Made by a program: the position numbers and the translations under genes. The notes beneath the pieces are model-generated. The model had not been told where the DNA came from, did no database searches, and worked only from the letters and a program-made list of their open reading frames with translations. A DNA stretch of 62,360 bases from a virus (lineage: Duplodnaviria; Caudoviricetes). The stretch is from IMG/VR virus record IMGVR_UViG_3300005607_000002, positions 1 to 62,360 of that record, one strand, 5' to 3'. Positions 28,441 through 37,054 of the stretch are shown here, one piece after another (position 1 is the first letter of the stretch; each line of letters opens with the position of its first letter).

Positions 28441-28743
28441 TGGGCCTCTATACTCCGCCGCCGGCCGGCACGCCGCCCCCTCCGCTATTCGGCGCTGCCG
28501 AAAGCCAGCAGCCGCCCTTCATGCGGGCATGGATGCTGCCGATGGACTACCTCGGCGACATCACCGGCATGACGGGGAAAATACAGCAGATGCGGGCCCA
28601 AGCCGGCGCCTCCGCGGGTGCCCCCGGTATCCCGTCCGGCACGCCGGGCCTGCGCCGCCAGCCGGTCGGCAACATCGGTGGAGGGGCTGGACGGTAGTCC
28701 GAATGCGCCGCTGTCCGACTTTGGATCATCCGCCGAGGTATTG

Positions 28744-28965
28744 ATGGGCCTGTTTGCTCCTTCTCCCCCGCCTGCGCCGCCGCCTCCGCCGCCTCCGCCC
28801 CCGGCGGCGTCGCCGCCGGTCTATGCCAGCGCGGCGACCATGGGAGCGCTGGCCCGCCGCACCCAGGGGAGACCGATGGGCGGCACTGACCTGACCACCG
28901 GGCAGAAGCAGGCCGGCGTTGTGCAGACCGCCGCTCTCGGGCTGGGCGGGACAGGGACGCCGTGA
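28744..28965 (+). CDS. Small proline-rich protein of the kind found upstream of podoviral portals
   Basis: GAGG RBS, MGLFAPSPPPAPPPPPPPPP...GGTDLTTGQ. Confidence 0.6.
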   Translation: MGLFAPSPPPAPPPPPPPPPAASPPVYASAATMGALARRTQGRPMGGTDLTTGQKQAGVVQTAALGLGGTGTP

Positions 28966-29146
28966 TGCTGGCCTATACCGAGCCTGAGATCGAGCTGGCT
29001 CGCGAAATCATGTGCGAGCAACTCGGCGGGACAGAGACCAATCGGCGTTTTGCGAGGCATGCGGCCGGTCTCCATGCCGAACATGTCGATTTCTGCCTGC
29101 AGCTCGCCCGCTGTGTCCTCAGAAGGGCCGGCACGGGATCGCCGTG

Positions 29147-30910
29147 ATGCTGCGGCGCTATACCTTCAAGGTGCATTTCAGCAAGCGCCGCGCCATGCGG
29201 CGCGCGCAGGAGGAAGCCGCGATGCGCTTCGCGCGGATGGCGGCCGAGCTGCGCAATGCTCTGATTGAGCTATGCTACAACACCTACTGCTGCCGCTGCG
29301 AGAGGGCCGGCGCGCCTCCTCCCGTCGACCCTCGTGTGGTTGCCTATGCCGTACGGGACAGGACCAAGGCAGAGGCGCGCGAGATCATCGCCTCCTACCG
29401 GCGCGGCCTCGGCGGCTCGATGCGGCGCAGCGAGCCGCAATGGCACAAGCCCGAGCGCCCATGGCCGCAGGAGCGCAAGGAAAAGCTGCGCGCCACGATG
29501 CGGCGTCGCGAAGAGGAAAAGCGCGCCAGGCGCAAGGCGCCGGCGAAGCCGCGCAAGCCGCCCCGGCAAGCCAGCGTGCGGGCGCTCGCGCTGGCGGAGC
29601 TCACCGGCGAGATCACGGCCTTGCGCTGGGCCTGCCCCGAGTGGGCCGAAATGCCGACCCATATGCAGCATCGGGTCGCCGACGGGCTCGTCAAGTCGCT
29701 CGCCGCCCTCATGCGCGGCGACGCGAAAGCGCCGCGATTCAAGCGGACCGATCGCGCGAACCGGCTCCCGCTCGGCGCCAAAGGCTATAAGCTCGCGCCG
29801 CAGGGCCGCGAGCGGTCGCGCGCCGGCCGGTCCCGCGCGAGCGCTCGAAACTGGAAATTGACCGTCACGGGGCTGCCGGGGCACATGCGCGCCGTCGGCG
29901 AGTTCCCGGCCGAGGTCAGGCAATGGAAGACGGCCGATCTGATTTTCCATGCCGGATCATGGTGGCTATCGGTATGCGTTGAGATTGAGCGCGAGCGCTC
30001 TCACGGCGCAGAAGAGGTTACGGTCAGGCTCGGCCTGATCGACGAGTTTGCCCATGTGGAAGGGGCAACGGGTCCACGCTGGTGCCCGGGCGAGGGCGTT
30101 CGCGCCTGCGCCGAAAGTCCGCATCGTTTCCACGACTTGGCAGGAGGCTCTGACAACGCCGCAGATGCCGTTGCGGATGGGCGGGCCGGATTGGCCGGCA
30201 TTGGCCACATAGGAGCGAGGTCTGACAACGCCGCAGATGCCGTTGCGGATGGGCGGGATCAGGACGGTTGCCGGAATCCTCGGCGACTACCACCTGACAA
30301 CGCCGCAGATGCCGTTGCGGATGGGCGGGATCAGGACGGTTGCCGGAATCCTCGGCGACTACCACCTGACAACGCCGCAGATGCCGTTGCGGATGGGCGG
30401 GTTATCAAACCTTTCTCGATCCCTCAATCAAAACGGCCGGCCGAGCCGGTCGCAGACGCCGCCGCCGACGCCCTCAAGGCCGAGCGCGACCGCCGCTACC
30501 GCCGCGGCTCGCGGCGATGGCGCCGCGCCGCCCGGCGCATCGCCAGGATCGAGGCCCGCGCCGCCCGCAGGCGGCGCGAGCGCCATCATCTGTGGACATC
30601 GCAACTCGTGCGCTGCGCCGGCGCCATAACGGTGATCGCTCCCGACATTCCGCAATTCACGAAATCAGGGCGCGGCGACGCGCGGAACTGGGGCGCCAAC
30701 GTCAAGCTCGCCGCCGCCCTCAACCGTCACATCCTCGGCCAGGCGCCGATGCTCGCCGTATCGATGCTGCAATACAAGGCCGAGGAAGCCGGAATCCGGT
30801 GCGACCTCATCGAAGACGACGCGCCGGAGATCGCCGTCGGCCGCGACCACGTCGCCGCCGGCAAAGCCCAGCGCCGCCTGCGGCGCGCCATCAGAAAGGA
30901 CGCAGCATGA
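29147..30910 (+). CDS. TnpB/Cas12-like RNA-guided DNA-binding protein, predicted nuclease-dead, with internal in-frame CRISPR-like array
   Basis: TnpB-like order: RRYTFKV, LRNAL, ITALR..CPEW, APRFK, WWLSVCVE, degenerate RuvC-I VTVRLGLIDEFA, Arg-rich helix RRGSRRWRRAARRIARIEARAARRRRERHH, degenerate RuvC-II ITVIAPDI, LNRHILGQA...MLQYKAEEAG; no Zn finger or RuvC-III. Confidence 0.8.
   Translation: MLRRYTFKVHFSKRRAMRRAQEEAAMRFARMAAELRNALIELCYNTYCCRCERAGAPPPVDPRVVAYAVRDRTKAEAREIIASYRRGLGGSMRRSEPQWHKPERPWPQERKEKLRATMRRREEEKRARRKAPAKPRKPPRQASVRALALAELTGEITALRWACPEWAEMPTHMQHRVADGLVKSLAALMRGDAKAPRFKRTDRANRLPLGAKGYKLAPQGRERSRAGRSRASARNWKLTVTGLPGHMRAVGEFPAEVRQWKTADLIFHAGSWWLSVCVEIERERSHGAEEVTVRLGLIDEFAHVEGATGPRWCPGEGVRACAESPHRFHDLAGGSDNAADAVADGRAGLAGIGHIGARSDNAADAVADGRDQDGCRNPRRLPPDNAADAVADGRDQDGCRNPRRLPPDNAADAVADGRVIKPFSIPQSKRPAEPVADAAADALKAERDRRYRRGSRRWRRAARRIARIEARAARRRRERHHLWTSQLVRCAGAITVIAPDIPQFTKSGRGDARNWGANVKLAAALNRHILGQAPMLAVSMLQYKAEEAGIRCDLIEDDAPEIAVGRDHVAAGKAQRRLRRAIRKDAA
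30150..30401. CRISPR. Intragenic CRISPR-like array: 4 x 36-bp repeat, 3 x 36-bp spacers
   Basis: CTGACAACGCCGCAGATGCCGTTGCGGATGGGCGGG at 30150, 30222, 30294, 30366; hairpin CCGCA/TGCGG; spacers 2 and 3 identical; possible degenerate fifth repeat at 30441-30476. Confidence 0.85.
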
Positions 30911-31188
30911 GCTACGACGTGAAGACTCCGGTGCTTGCCGATACCATCCGCTTCCTGCGCAACGCCTCCAACGGCCTCGCCAAAGGCACGATGGAAGCCA
31001 AAGAGGCCAAGGCCATCGCAGCCGTTGAGAACGAGGTGATCAAGGCGGTCGGCATGGACGTCAAGGCGCGTCTGGCGCTCCCCAAGATCAGCGCAATGGA
31101 AGCCCAGCTCATCGAAGAGCGCCCGGCCGCTCCCGCGATCGAAAAGGCTGCGCACGCGGCTGCTCCGGCGATCGAAAAGGCCGCGTAA
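30907..31188 (+). CDS. Small helical protein translationally coupled to the Cas12-like gene
   Basis: AAGGA RBS, ATGA overlap; MSYDVKTPVLADTIRFLRNAS... Confidence 0.65.
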   Translation: MSYDVKTPVLADTIRFLRNASNGLAKGTMEAKEAKAIAAVENEVIKAVGMDVKARLALPKISAMEAQLIEERPAAPAIEKAAHAAAPAIEKAA

Positions 31189-31208
31189 GCGGCGATGGGA
31201 GCCGTCTG

Positions 31209-31391
31209 ATGGACCGGCTGTTCCTGCAGCGCGGCACCTCGTTCAGCTTCGAGCGCACGGTGGCCGATGACGCGGACGTGCGCTGGTCCGTCTATCACGA
31301 CGGCGAAGCGCAGATCGGCTTTGCCGCCGCGTCCGACGCGTATGCGTGGCTCAAGAAGCGGCTGAGCCGCAAGGGCGCGGGGGCCGGATAA
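31209..31391 (+). CDS. Hypothetical protein
   Basis: GGGAG RBS; abuts the portal start. Confidence 0.45.
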   Translation: MDRLFLQRGTSFSFERTVADDADVRWSVYHDGEAQIGFAAASDAYAWLKKRLSRKGAGAG

Positions 31392-33263
31392 ATGCTCTCC
31401 CCCTCCGCCATCGCCCGCCGCTTCGGCGACGCGCTCCTCGCCCATTACGAGCTCGCAGGTGACGCTCTGCTCGCCCGCGCGCCCGCGCTGGCCAAGCAGC
31501 GGTGGTACGAGGAATCCGGCGGCTGGGAGGAAACGCGCCTGCAGCTTGAGGGTCGCCTCTACGGCCTGCGCAACTGGCGGCTTTCGTGGTGGCAGCACTG
31601 GGGGAAGATCGCCGAGGCGATCCTGCCGCGCCGCTACCACTGGCTGGTCGTGCCGAACACCATGACGCGCGGGCTTGCCATCAATCAGGCGATCAAGGAC
31701 CCGACCGGCGCGCAGGCGGTGTCGGTGTGCGTCGCCGGCATGCGCTCGGGCCTGATGTCGTCGTCGCGGCCGTGGTTCAAGATCGGCGCAGGCCTCGCCG
31801 GCCGCAAGCTCGACCGCGCCGCCGAATTATGGTTCGAGGACACCAACGATCGCGTCTACCGCGTCCTCGCCGGCTCGAACTATTACAACGCCGGCACCCA
31901 GATGTTCGAGGACCTCGTCGTCTTCGGCACCGCGCCGAAGCTGCTCTACGAGGACCGCATCAGCGTCATCCGCTGCTATAACCCGTGCGCCGGCGAATAT
32001 TATCTCGGCGCCGGCTTCGACGGCCGCATCAATTCGTTCTACCGCACTTTCGTGCTGACCGCGCTGCAATGCGTGCAGATGTTCGGGCTCGAGCGCTGCG
32101 CGGAACAGCTGCGCGGCCTGTGGGAGCAGAAGGGCGCGTCCCTCGAAACCGAGGTGATCGTCGCCCACGCGATCGAGCCGAACTTCTCCCTGCAGACGCC
32201 CGGCACAAGCGAAAATCTCGGCGTCGTCCCCGGCGGTTTTCCCTATCGGGAATATTACTGGGAATGGGGCAAATACTCCCCGCAGCCGCTTTCCGTCCGC
32301 GGCTTCCGCGACAAGCCCTTCATCGCCCCGCGCTGGACCACGGTTTCGAACGACGCCTATGGCCGCAGCGTCGGCATGGATGCGCTGCCCGACATTCTCC
32401 AGCTGCACGTGATGACGATGCGCCAGGCCGAAGGCATCGAAAAGATGCTGCGGCCGCCGCTGCTCGCGAGCCTCGGCCTCAAGAACCAGCCGTCCTCGAT
32501 CCTGCCCGGCAAGGTCACCTATGTGGAGGACGTGAACAAGGGCATGAAGTCGATCTACGACGTGCGGTTTGACGTCGAGCACATGACTGCGCTGATCGAA
32601 AAGATCGAGGCGCGCATCGAGAAATGGTTCTTCAACGACGCCTTCATGATGATGGACAACCTCGAAGGCGTGCAGCCGCGCAACGAGATGGAGATCGCCG
32701 AGCGCCGCGGCGAAAAACTCCAGCGCCTCGGGCCGGTGGTCGAGAACGTCGAGCAGGAGCTTGCCGACGATATCCGCCGCGTCGTCAATATCATGGCGCG
32801 CCGGCGCCTGCTGGCGCCGATGCCGCCGAGCCTCGCCGGCATCCCTCTGGAAATCGAATTCGATTCGATGATCCGCATCGCCCAGCGCGCCGCCGAAACC
32901 GCGGTCATGGAGCGCGCGCTCACCGTGGTGACGAATCTCAGGCAGGCTTATCCGGACCAGCACCCGGAGGACAACATCGACATCGACGCCGCCGTGCGGC
33001 GCTATCTCGACCGCTCCAATTTTCCCAAGGAATGCCTGCGCAGCGAGGACGAAGTGCAGCAGGTGCGCGCCGGCCGCGCCAAGGCGATGGCCGAGCAGGC
33101 GCAGCAGGCGCAGGCGATGCAGGCGATTACTCACGCGGCGCCGGCCGCCGCCGGCGCGGCCAAGACCGCAAGCGAAATCGACACCGGCGGCATGCTCAAC
33201 GCCCTGCAGATGATGTCCGGAATGGGCGGCGCTGCGCCCGGCGCGACGGGGCTGCCCCAATAG
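31392..33263 (+). CDS. Portal protein (head-to-tail connector, BPP-1 Bbp21-like)
   Basis: SGLMSSSRPWF, SNYY, DLVVFGTA, APRW...AYGRS..MDALPD, EIAERRGEKLQRLGPVVE. Confidence 0.9.
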   Translation: MLSPSAIARRFGDALLAHYELAGDALLARAPALAKQRWYEESGGWEETRLQLEGRLYGLRNWRLSWWQHWGKIAEAILPRRYHWLVVPNTMTRGLAINQAIKDPTGAQAVSVCVAGMRSGLMSSSRPWFKIGAGLAGRKLDRAAELWFEDTNDRVYRVLAGSNYYNAGTQMFEDLVVFGTAPKLLYEDRISVIRCYNPCAGEYYLGAGFDGRINSFYRTFVLTALQCVQMFGLERCAEQLRGLWEQKGASLETEVIVAHAIEPNFSLQTPGTSENLGVVPGGFPYREYYWEWGKYSPQPLSVRGFRDKPFIAPRWTTVSNDAYGRSVGMDALPDILQLHVMTMRQAEGIEKMLRPPLLASLGLKNQPSSILPGKVTYVEDVNKGMKSIYDVRFDVEHMTALIEKIEARIEKWFFNDAFMMMDNLEGVQPRNEMEIAERRGEKLQRLGPVVENVEQELADDIRRVVNIMARRRLLAPMPPSLAGIPLEIEFDSMIRIAQRAAETAVMERALTVVTNLRQAYPDQHPEDNIDIDAAVRRYLDRSNFPKECLRSEDEVQQVRAGRAKAMAEQAQQAQAMQAITHAAPAAAGAAKTASEIDTGGMLNALQMMSGMGGAAPGATGLPQ

Positions 33264-33274
33264 AGGAGACGCAA

Positions 33275-33649
33275 ATGGCGCTCATGGGACCCGACGGCGA
33301 CACCCACAGCTACCTCAACTATCCTCAGCACCCGCAGGTGCAGGCTAACGCGCCCCGCGCCGATCTACCCGACCGCGGCCATTGGGTTGGCCCGCGCGGC
33401 GGCCGGCATCAGCACGAGTTGCCGAGTGCCCCGCGGCATCCGCGCAATGCCGCGCCTCCGTACGACAATCGCCTGCCGCCCGAACCGCCGGCCCCGCCTC
33501 CGGTCCCGGCCGAAAGCGCGCGCGCGCCGTTTGGCTCTGTCCTGGAGGCCCGCGGCGCGCTTCGATACGTGCTGGAGCACCAGCCGATGACCGCGCCCCA
33601 GCGCCGCATCCTCCTTGAGGCCCTGACGGTCCTGGAGTCGTTCCGATGA
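33275..33649 (+). CDS. Hypothetical protein
   Basis: GAGGAG RBS. Confidence 0.55.
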   Translation: MALMGPDGDTHSYLNYPQHPQVQANAPRADLPDRGHWVGPRGGRHQHELPSAPRHPRNAAPPYDNRLPPEPPAPPPVPAESARAPFGSVLEARGALRYVLEHQPMTAPQRRILLEALTVLESFR

Positions 33650-34161
33650 CCGACGCTCTCCCGCCCGACGACGACCAGGGCCCCGGCATCCAGGTTGACA
33701 AGCACGGCGACCCGCTGCCGCAGGGCACGCGGATGATCGAGTATGAGTCCTACGAGCGCGTCATCGAAGGGCTCAAGATTGCGGCCGACGCCTGCATGCA
33801 CCTCGCCAAGCGTGAGCGGACGCCCGAGGGCGTTGACAACCGCCGCCGCCTGGCGCTGACGCTCGACCAGTGCCGGCGCATTTGTATCCGCCTTGCCGGC
33901 ATTGACGATACCGTCCGCGCCAATCCGACGCCCGAAATGCGCGGCGAGCCGCTGCCGTTCCGCGAGGCGCGTGACCGCCTGATCGACGGCCTTACCCAGG
34001 CTGCGGGCGGCGCGCGGCAGCTCGCCACCTGCTTTCGCATCGATCTCGCGTGGTCGCGGGTCGCCTCGCAGCTCGAAGACCTCATCCGCAAGATCCGCAC
34101 CCCCAAACTGATGCGCACCCCCAATCCGCTGCTGCTGCCGACCGGCTATGTGAGGCATTGA
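33646..34161 (+). CDS. Hypothetical protein with internal helical duplication
   Basis: ESYERVIEGLKIAA / EARDRLIDGLTQAA. Confidence 0.6.
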   Translation: MTDALPPDDDQGPGIQVDKHGDPLPQGTRMIEYESYERVIEGLKIAADACMHLAKRERTPEGVDNRRRLALTLDQCRRICIRLAGIDDTVRANPTPEMRGEPLPFREARDRLIDGLTQAAGGARQLATCFRIDLAWSRVASQLEDLIRKIRTPKLMRTPNPLLLPTGYVRH

Positions 34162-34349
34162 ATCATGTGTCGCGCAATTATCTCACCTGTCCGCGCTGCG
34201 GCTGGAGCAGCCGCATCTGGGGCCGCAGGCTTGACGCCGTGATCGCCCAGGCGCGCCGCGCCGACCACTTCGGCTTCCATCATTCCCAAAGCGCCGCAGC
34301 CGCGGCGGCGCCTCTTCGTCAGCCCGCGGCAATCGCACAGGAGAAGGAC

Positions 34350-34532
34350 ATGTCGCATTCGGTCGTCACGCATGTGAAGCACAGCGAACACGTCGGCCAC
34401 GACGACGCCAACGGCGTCGCCGCGATCACGGCGAAATACATCGCCGACCTCGAGGCCGCCGGCCATACCGTGCATCATCATCACGTGCATCGCCACGCCG
34501 ACGCGCATCATCACAGCCACACCCACGGTTAG
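34350..34532 (+). CDS. Histidine-rich small protein
   Basis: AGGAG RBS; 17 His in 60 aa. Confidence 0.6.
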   Translation: MSHSVVTHVKHSEHVGHDDANGVAAITAKYIADLEAAGHTVHHHHVHRHADAHHHSHTHG

Positions 34533-34641
34533 GCGCGCCGCCTGCAATGGCTCCATCGTCCCCGGTGAATCCGCCCGACCGCCTGACCGCGGCGGATTCC
34601 CCTGTTCCTGCCGGATCCAGGGCGTAGCGGGCCGGGAGACG

Positions 34642-35019
34642 ATGGAGACAATGAGCGCAAGTCCGTTCGCCGTCCGGCATGACAACGGCGTTACCTGGAT
34701 CGACCGCAACGCCGACGCCGCATTCCGCAAGGCGCTGATCGACATCGCGCCGGCGGCGCTGCGCGGCCGGATACGGCGCGCGCTTGCGGCGACGCCCGAC
34801 CCCGCCCGCGACTACGCCCACAGCAAGCGCTATTTCGGCGACCGCCTATCGGAAATCACCGCCCGCATCCAGCCGCTCGCGCGGCGGCTCGACCGCTATA
34901 TGGAGACTTCGCTCCGGCTGCCGGGCTTCTGCGAATGGCTCATTCTCACGGGCTATACCAACCATTATGAAATGGTGAAGGCGTTCGACGAATGGGCGCA
35001 GATGAAGAAGGACTCGTGA
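34642..35019 (+). CDS. Hypothetical protein
   Basis: ORF with RBS in late operon. Confidence 0.55.
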   Translation: METMSASPFAVRHDNGVTWIDRNADAAFRKALIDIAPAALRGRIRRALAATPDPARDYAHSKRYFGDRLSEITARIQPLARRLDRYMETSLRLPGFCEWLILTGYTNHYEMVKAFDEWAQMKKDS

Positions 35020-35200
35020 ATTATGCTGGAGACGATCGGCAGAGACGTCCGGGCATTGCTTGACGGCGCGGAGGCCGACCCCGGCAGCCCACAGCAAGAT
35101 GCGGCCAGAACTGCGGCGGCAAGTTTGTTGACGACGGCGTTATGGAATTTGCATCGCATCGCTGACGCATTGCAAATTCTCGCGGAGCGCCACGACTGAC

Positions 35201-35348
35201 ATGATCGACGACGCCGAAGACGCCGCCTCGGCGCCGGCCGCAACGGGACGCTCTATGAGGAATCCTCGATCGTCGTCACCGGCGCGGCGCCGTATGTCCA
35301 TACGGAGCCGTTCAACCGCGCGGCGGCGCTCAACTATGTGAAATGGCA
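35201..35348 (+). pseudogene. Deleted partial duplicate of the 38685 gene
   Basis: 35201-35227 resembles 38685-38711; 35247-35348 matches 38888-38989 with 9 mismatches in 102 bp. Confidence 0.75.
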
Positions 35349-35603
35349 CATGAGCAACATGCTGGAACGCGTAGTCCGGGCAATCTGTATGCCCGATCAC
35401 GACCATACGGCCGAGCCAAAAGCGTGCTGCGGCAAATGTAACGCAATCGTTGATAAGGCACGCGCCGCCATCAAGGCCATGCGCGAGCCCACGCAAGCCA
35501 TGGTCAACGACGGCATCCTAAATGGAGTCGAGAATGGCTTCGGTTGCGGATACAGCGACTATGTTGATCTTTGGCAAGCCATGGTCGACGGGGCGCTCAA
35601 GGA

Positions 35604-36059
35604 ATGATCGACGACGGCCTCCGCGCCGGCTACGACGCCGCCGATCCGGCCGCCGAGAACAATGCCCGCCGCGACGAGGCGCGCCGCCGGCGCGAGGACG
35701 CCGAGACCGTCCGGCGGCTCCTCAATCATAAGAACGGGCGCGCCTGGTTCCACCGGCTGCTCAGCCGCTGCCACATCTACGGCACGCCCTTCGCCCCCGG
35801 CGAACCGGAGACCACGTTCTTCCGCATGGGCGAGGAGAACATCGGCAAGGGGCTCATGATGCAGGCGATCGACGCTTGTGCGGATCTCTACCTGCTGATG
35901 TTGGACGAAGCGCGCAAGGAAGAGGAGCGCGTCGCCCTTATGCGCGCCGAAGAAGAGACCAAGCGCGACGCCGCCGACAGCGCCGCAGCTCATGCGCAGG
36001 GGCTTGACCTGCCGCCGCCGGCCGGATGGCCGGCGCGGCCGGCGGCGGCGCCAACCTGA
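35604..36059 (+). CDS. Bbp19-like head-module protein
   Basis: LLNHKNGRAWFHRLLSRCHIY...TFFRMGEENIG. Confidence 0.7.
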   Translation: MIDDGLRAGYDAADPAAENNARRDEARRRREDAETVRRLLNHKNGRAWFHRLLSRCHIYGTPFAPGEPETTFFRMGEENIGKGLMMQAIDACADLYLLMLDEARKEEERVALMRAEEETKRDAADSAAAHAQGLDLPPPAGWPARPAAAPT

Positions 36060-36091
36060 CGGACGCCCCGAAGCACAGAGGAAAATGACCG

Positions 36092-36973
36092 ATGTCGAGC
36101 GATCAGATCGCCGCTGCGGCCGACGGACCCGCGCTTGCAGCCGACGCCGAGCCGGCCGCCGCCAATGCAGCCGCGGCCGCCGAGGGGGCGGCCTCGACGG
36201 CCGCGCCCGAATCAGCTACGCCGGAATCCGCGCCGAGCCTGCTCAGTTCGGCGGCGGGAAAACAACCCGCACAGCCGGCCCCGGCTGCAGACGCCGAATC
36301 AGAGCCTGACGCCAAAGCGGCCGATGCCCCCGAGTCCGGCAAGGACGGCGGGCAACCCGCGAAGCCGGATGACCCCGGCAAGGCCAAGGCCGAAGGCAAG
36401 GCGGATGCCGCGACCGACCCGGCCAAGGACGCCACGGCGAAAGATCCCCCGGATCAGCCCCCGGCCCTGAGCCTTGAGGACTTGAAATTCCCTGAGGGCA
36501 TGGCGCTCGACGCCGAGGCCGGCAAAGCATTCGTTGATCTCCTCAACAATGCTGCGCTCACCGGCAAGGACCGCGGCCAGGCGCTCATTGACCTTCACCT
36601 CAAGGAAATCGACCGCGTTGCGCAGCACATCGCCGCCCATCAGCGCAAGGTCTGGAATGACCTCAACGCCGGATGGCAGGATCAGTTGCGCAAGGACCCC
36701 GAACTCGGAGGCAACAGGCTCGACACCACTCTGTCGCGCGCCAAGGCCGTGATCGAGGAATTCCTGTCGCCGGAGGACGCCAAGGCCCTGCTTATCCATA
36801 CCGACAACAACGGAATGGGGAATTTTCCCGTGTTCATCCGCCTGCTGAGCAACATCGGAAAGAGGCTCAACGTGTTTGAGGACAATATCGTCGCCGCCAA
36901 TCCGGCGCCCGCGCGCAGCCGCGCGCCCGGCAGCCGCGGCTGGTACGACAAGAGTCTTAACGCCGGCGGCTGA
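36092..36973 (+). CDS. Capsid scaffolding protein
   Basis: A/P/D-rich N-terminus, KDPELGG, GMGNFPVFIRLL; immediately before the capsid gene. Confidence 0.75.
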   Translation: MSSDQIAAAADGPALAADAEPAAANAAAAAEGAASTAAPESATPESAPSLLSSAAGKQPAQPAPAADAESEPDAKAADAPESGKDGGQPAKPDDPGKAKAEGKADAATDPAKDATAKDPPDQPPALSLEDLKFPEGMALDAEAGKAFVDLLNNAALTGKDRGQALIDLHLKEIDRVAQHIAAHQRKVWNDLNAGWQDQLRKDPELGGNRLDTTLSRAKAVIEEFLSPEDAKALLIHTDNNGMGNFPVFIRLLSNIGKRLNVFEDNIVAANPAPARSRAPGSRGWYDKSLNAGG

Positions 36974-37054
36974 GCCGCTCCGCTTCCCCGCCGCTACGGG
37001 GACTGTCCGATCCGGCTCTGTCTGCCGCCCGCTTGCGGGCGCCGGAGCTGACGA

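Noticed and set aside
30150-30401. Array as an ordinary protein tandem repeat (DNAADAVADGR)
   Set aside because: Repeats are identical at the DNA level, palindromic, and separated by unrelated constant-length spacers inside a TnpB-like gene; disfavoured but not formally excluded
29147-30910. IS200/IS605 transposon
   Set aside because: No tnpA nearby, no evident element ends, degenerate RuvC motifs, and the gene is coupled into the phage operon
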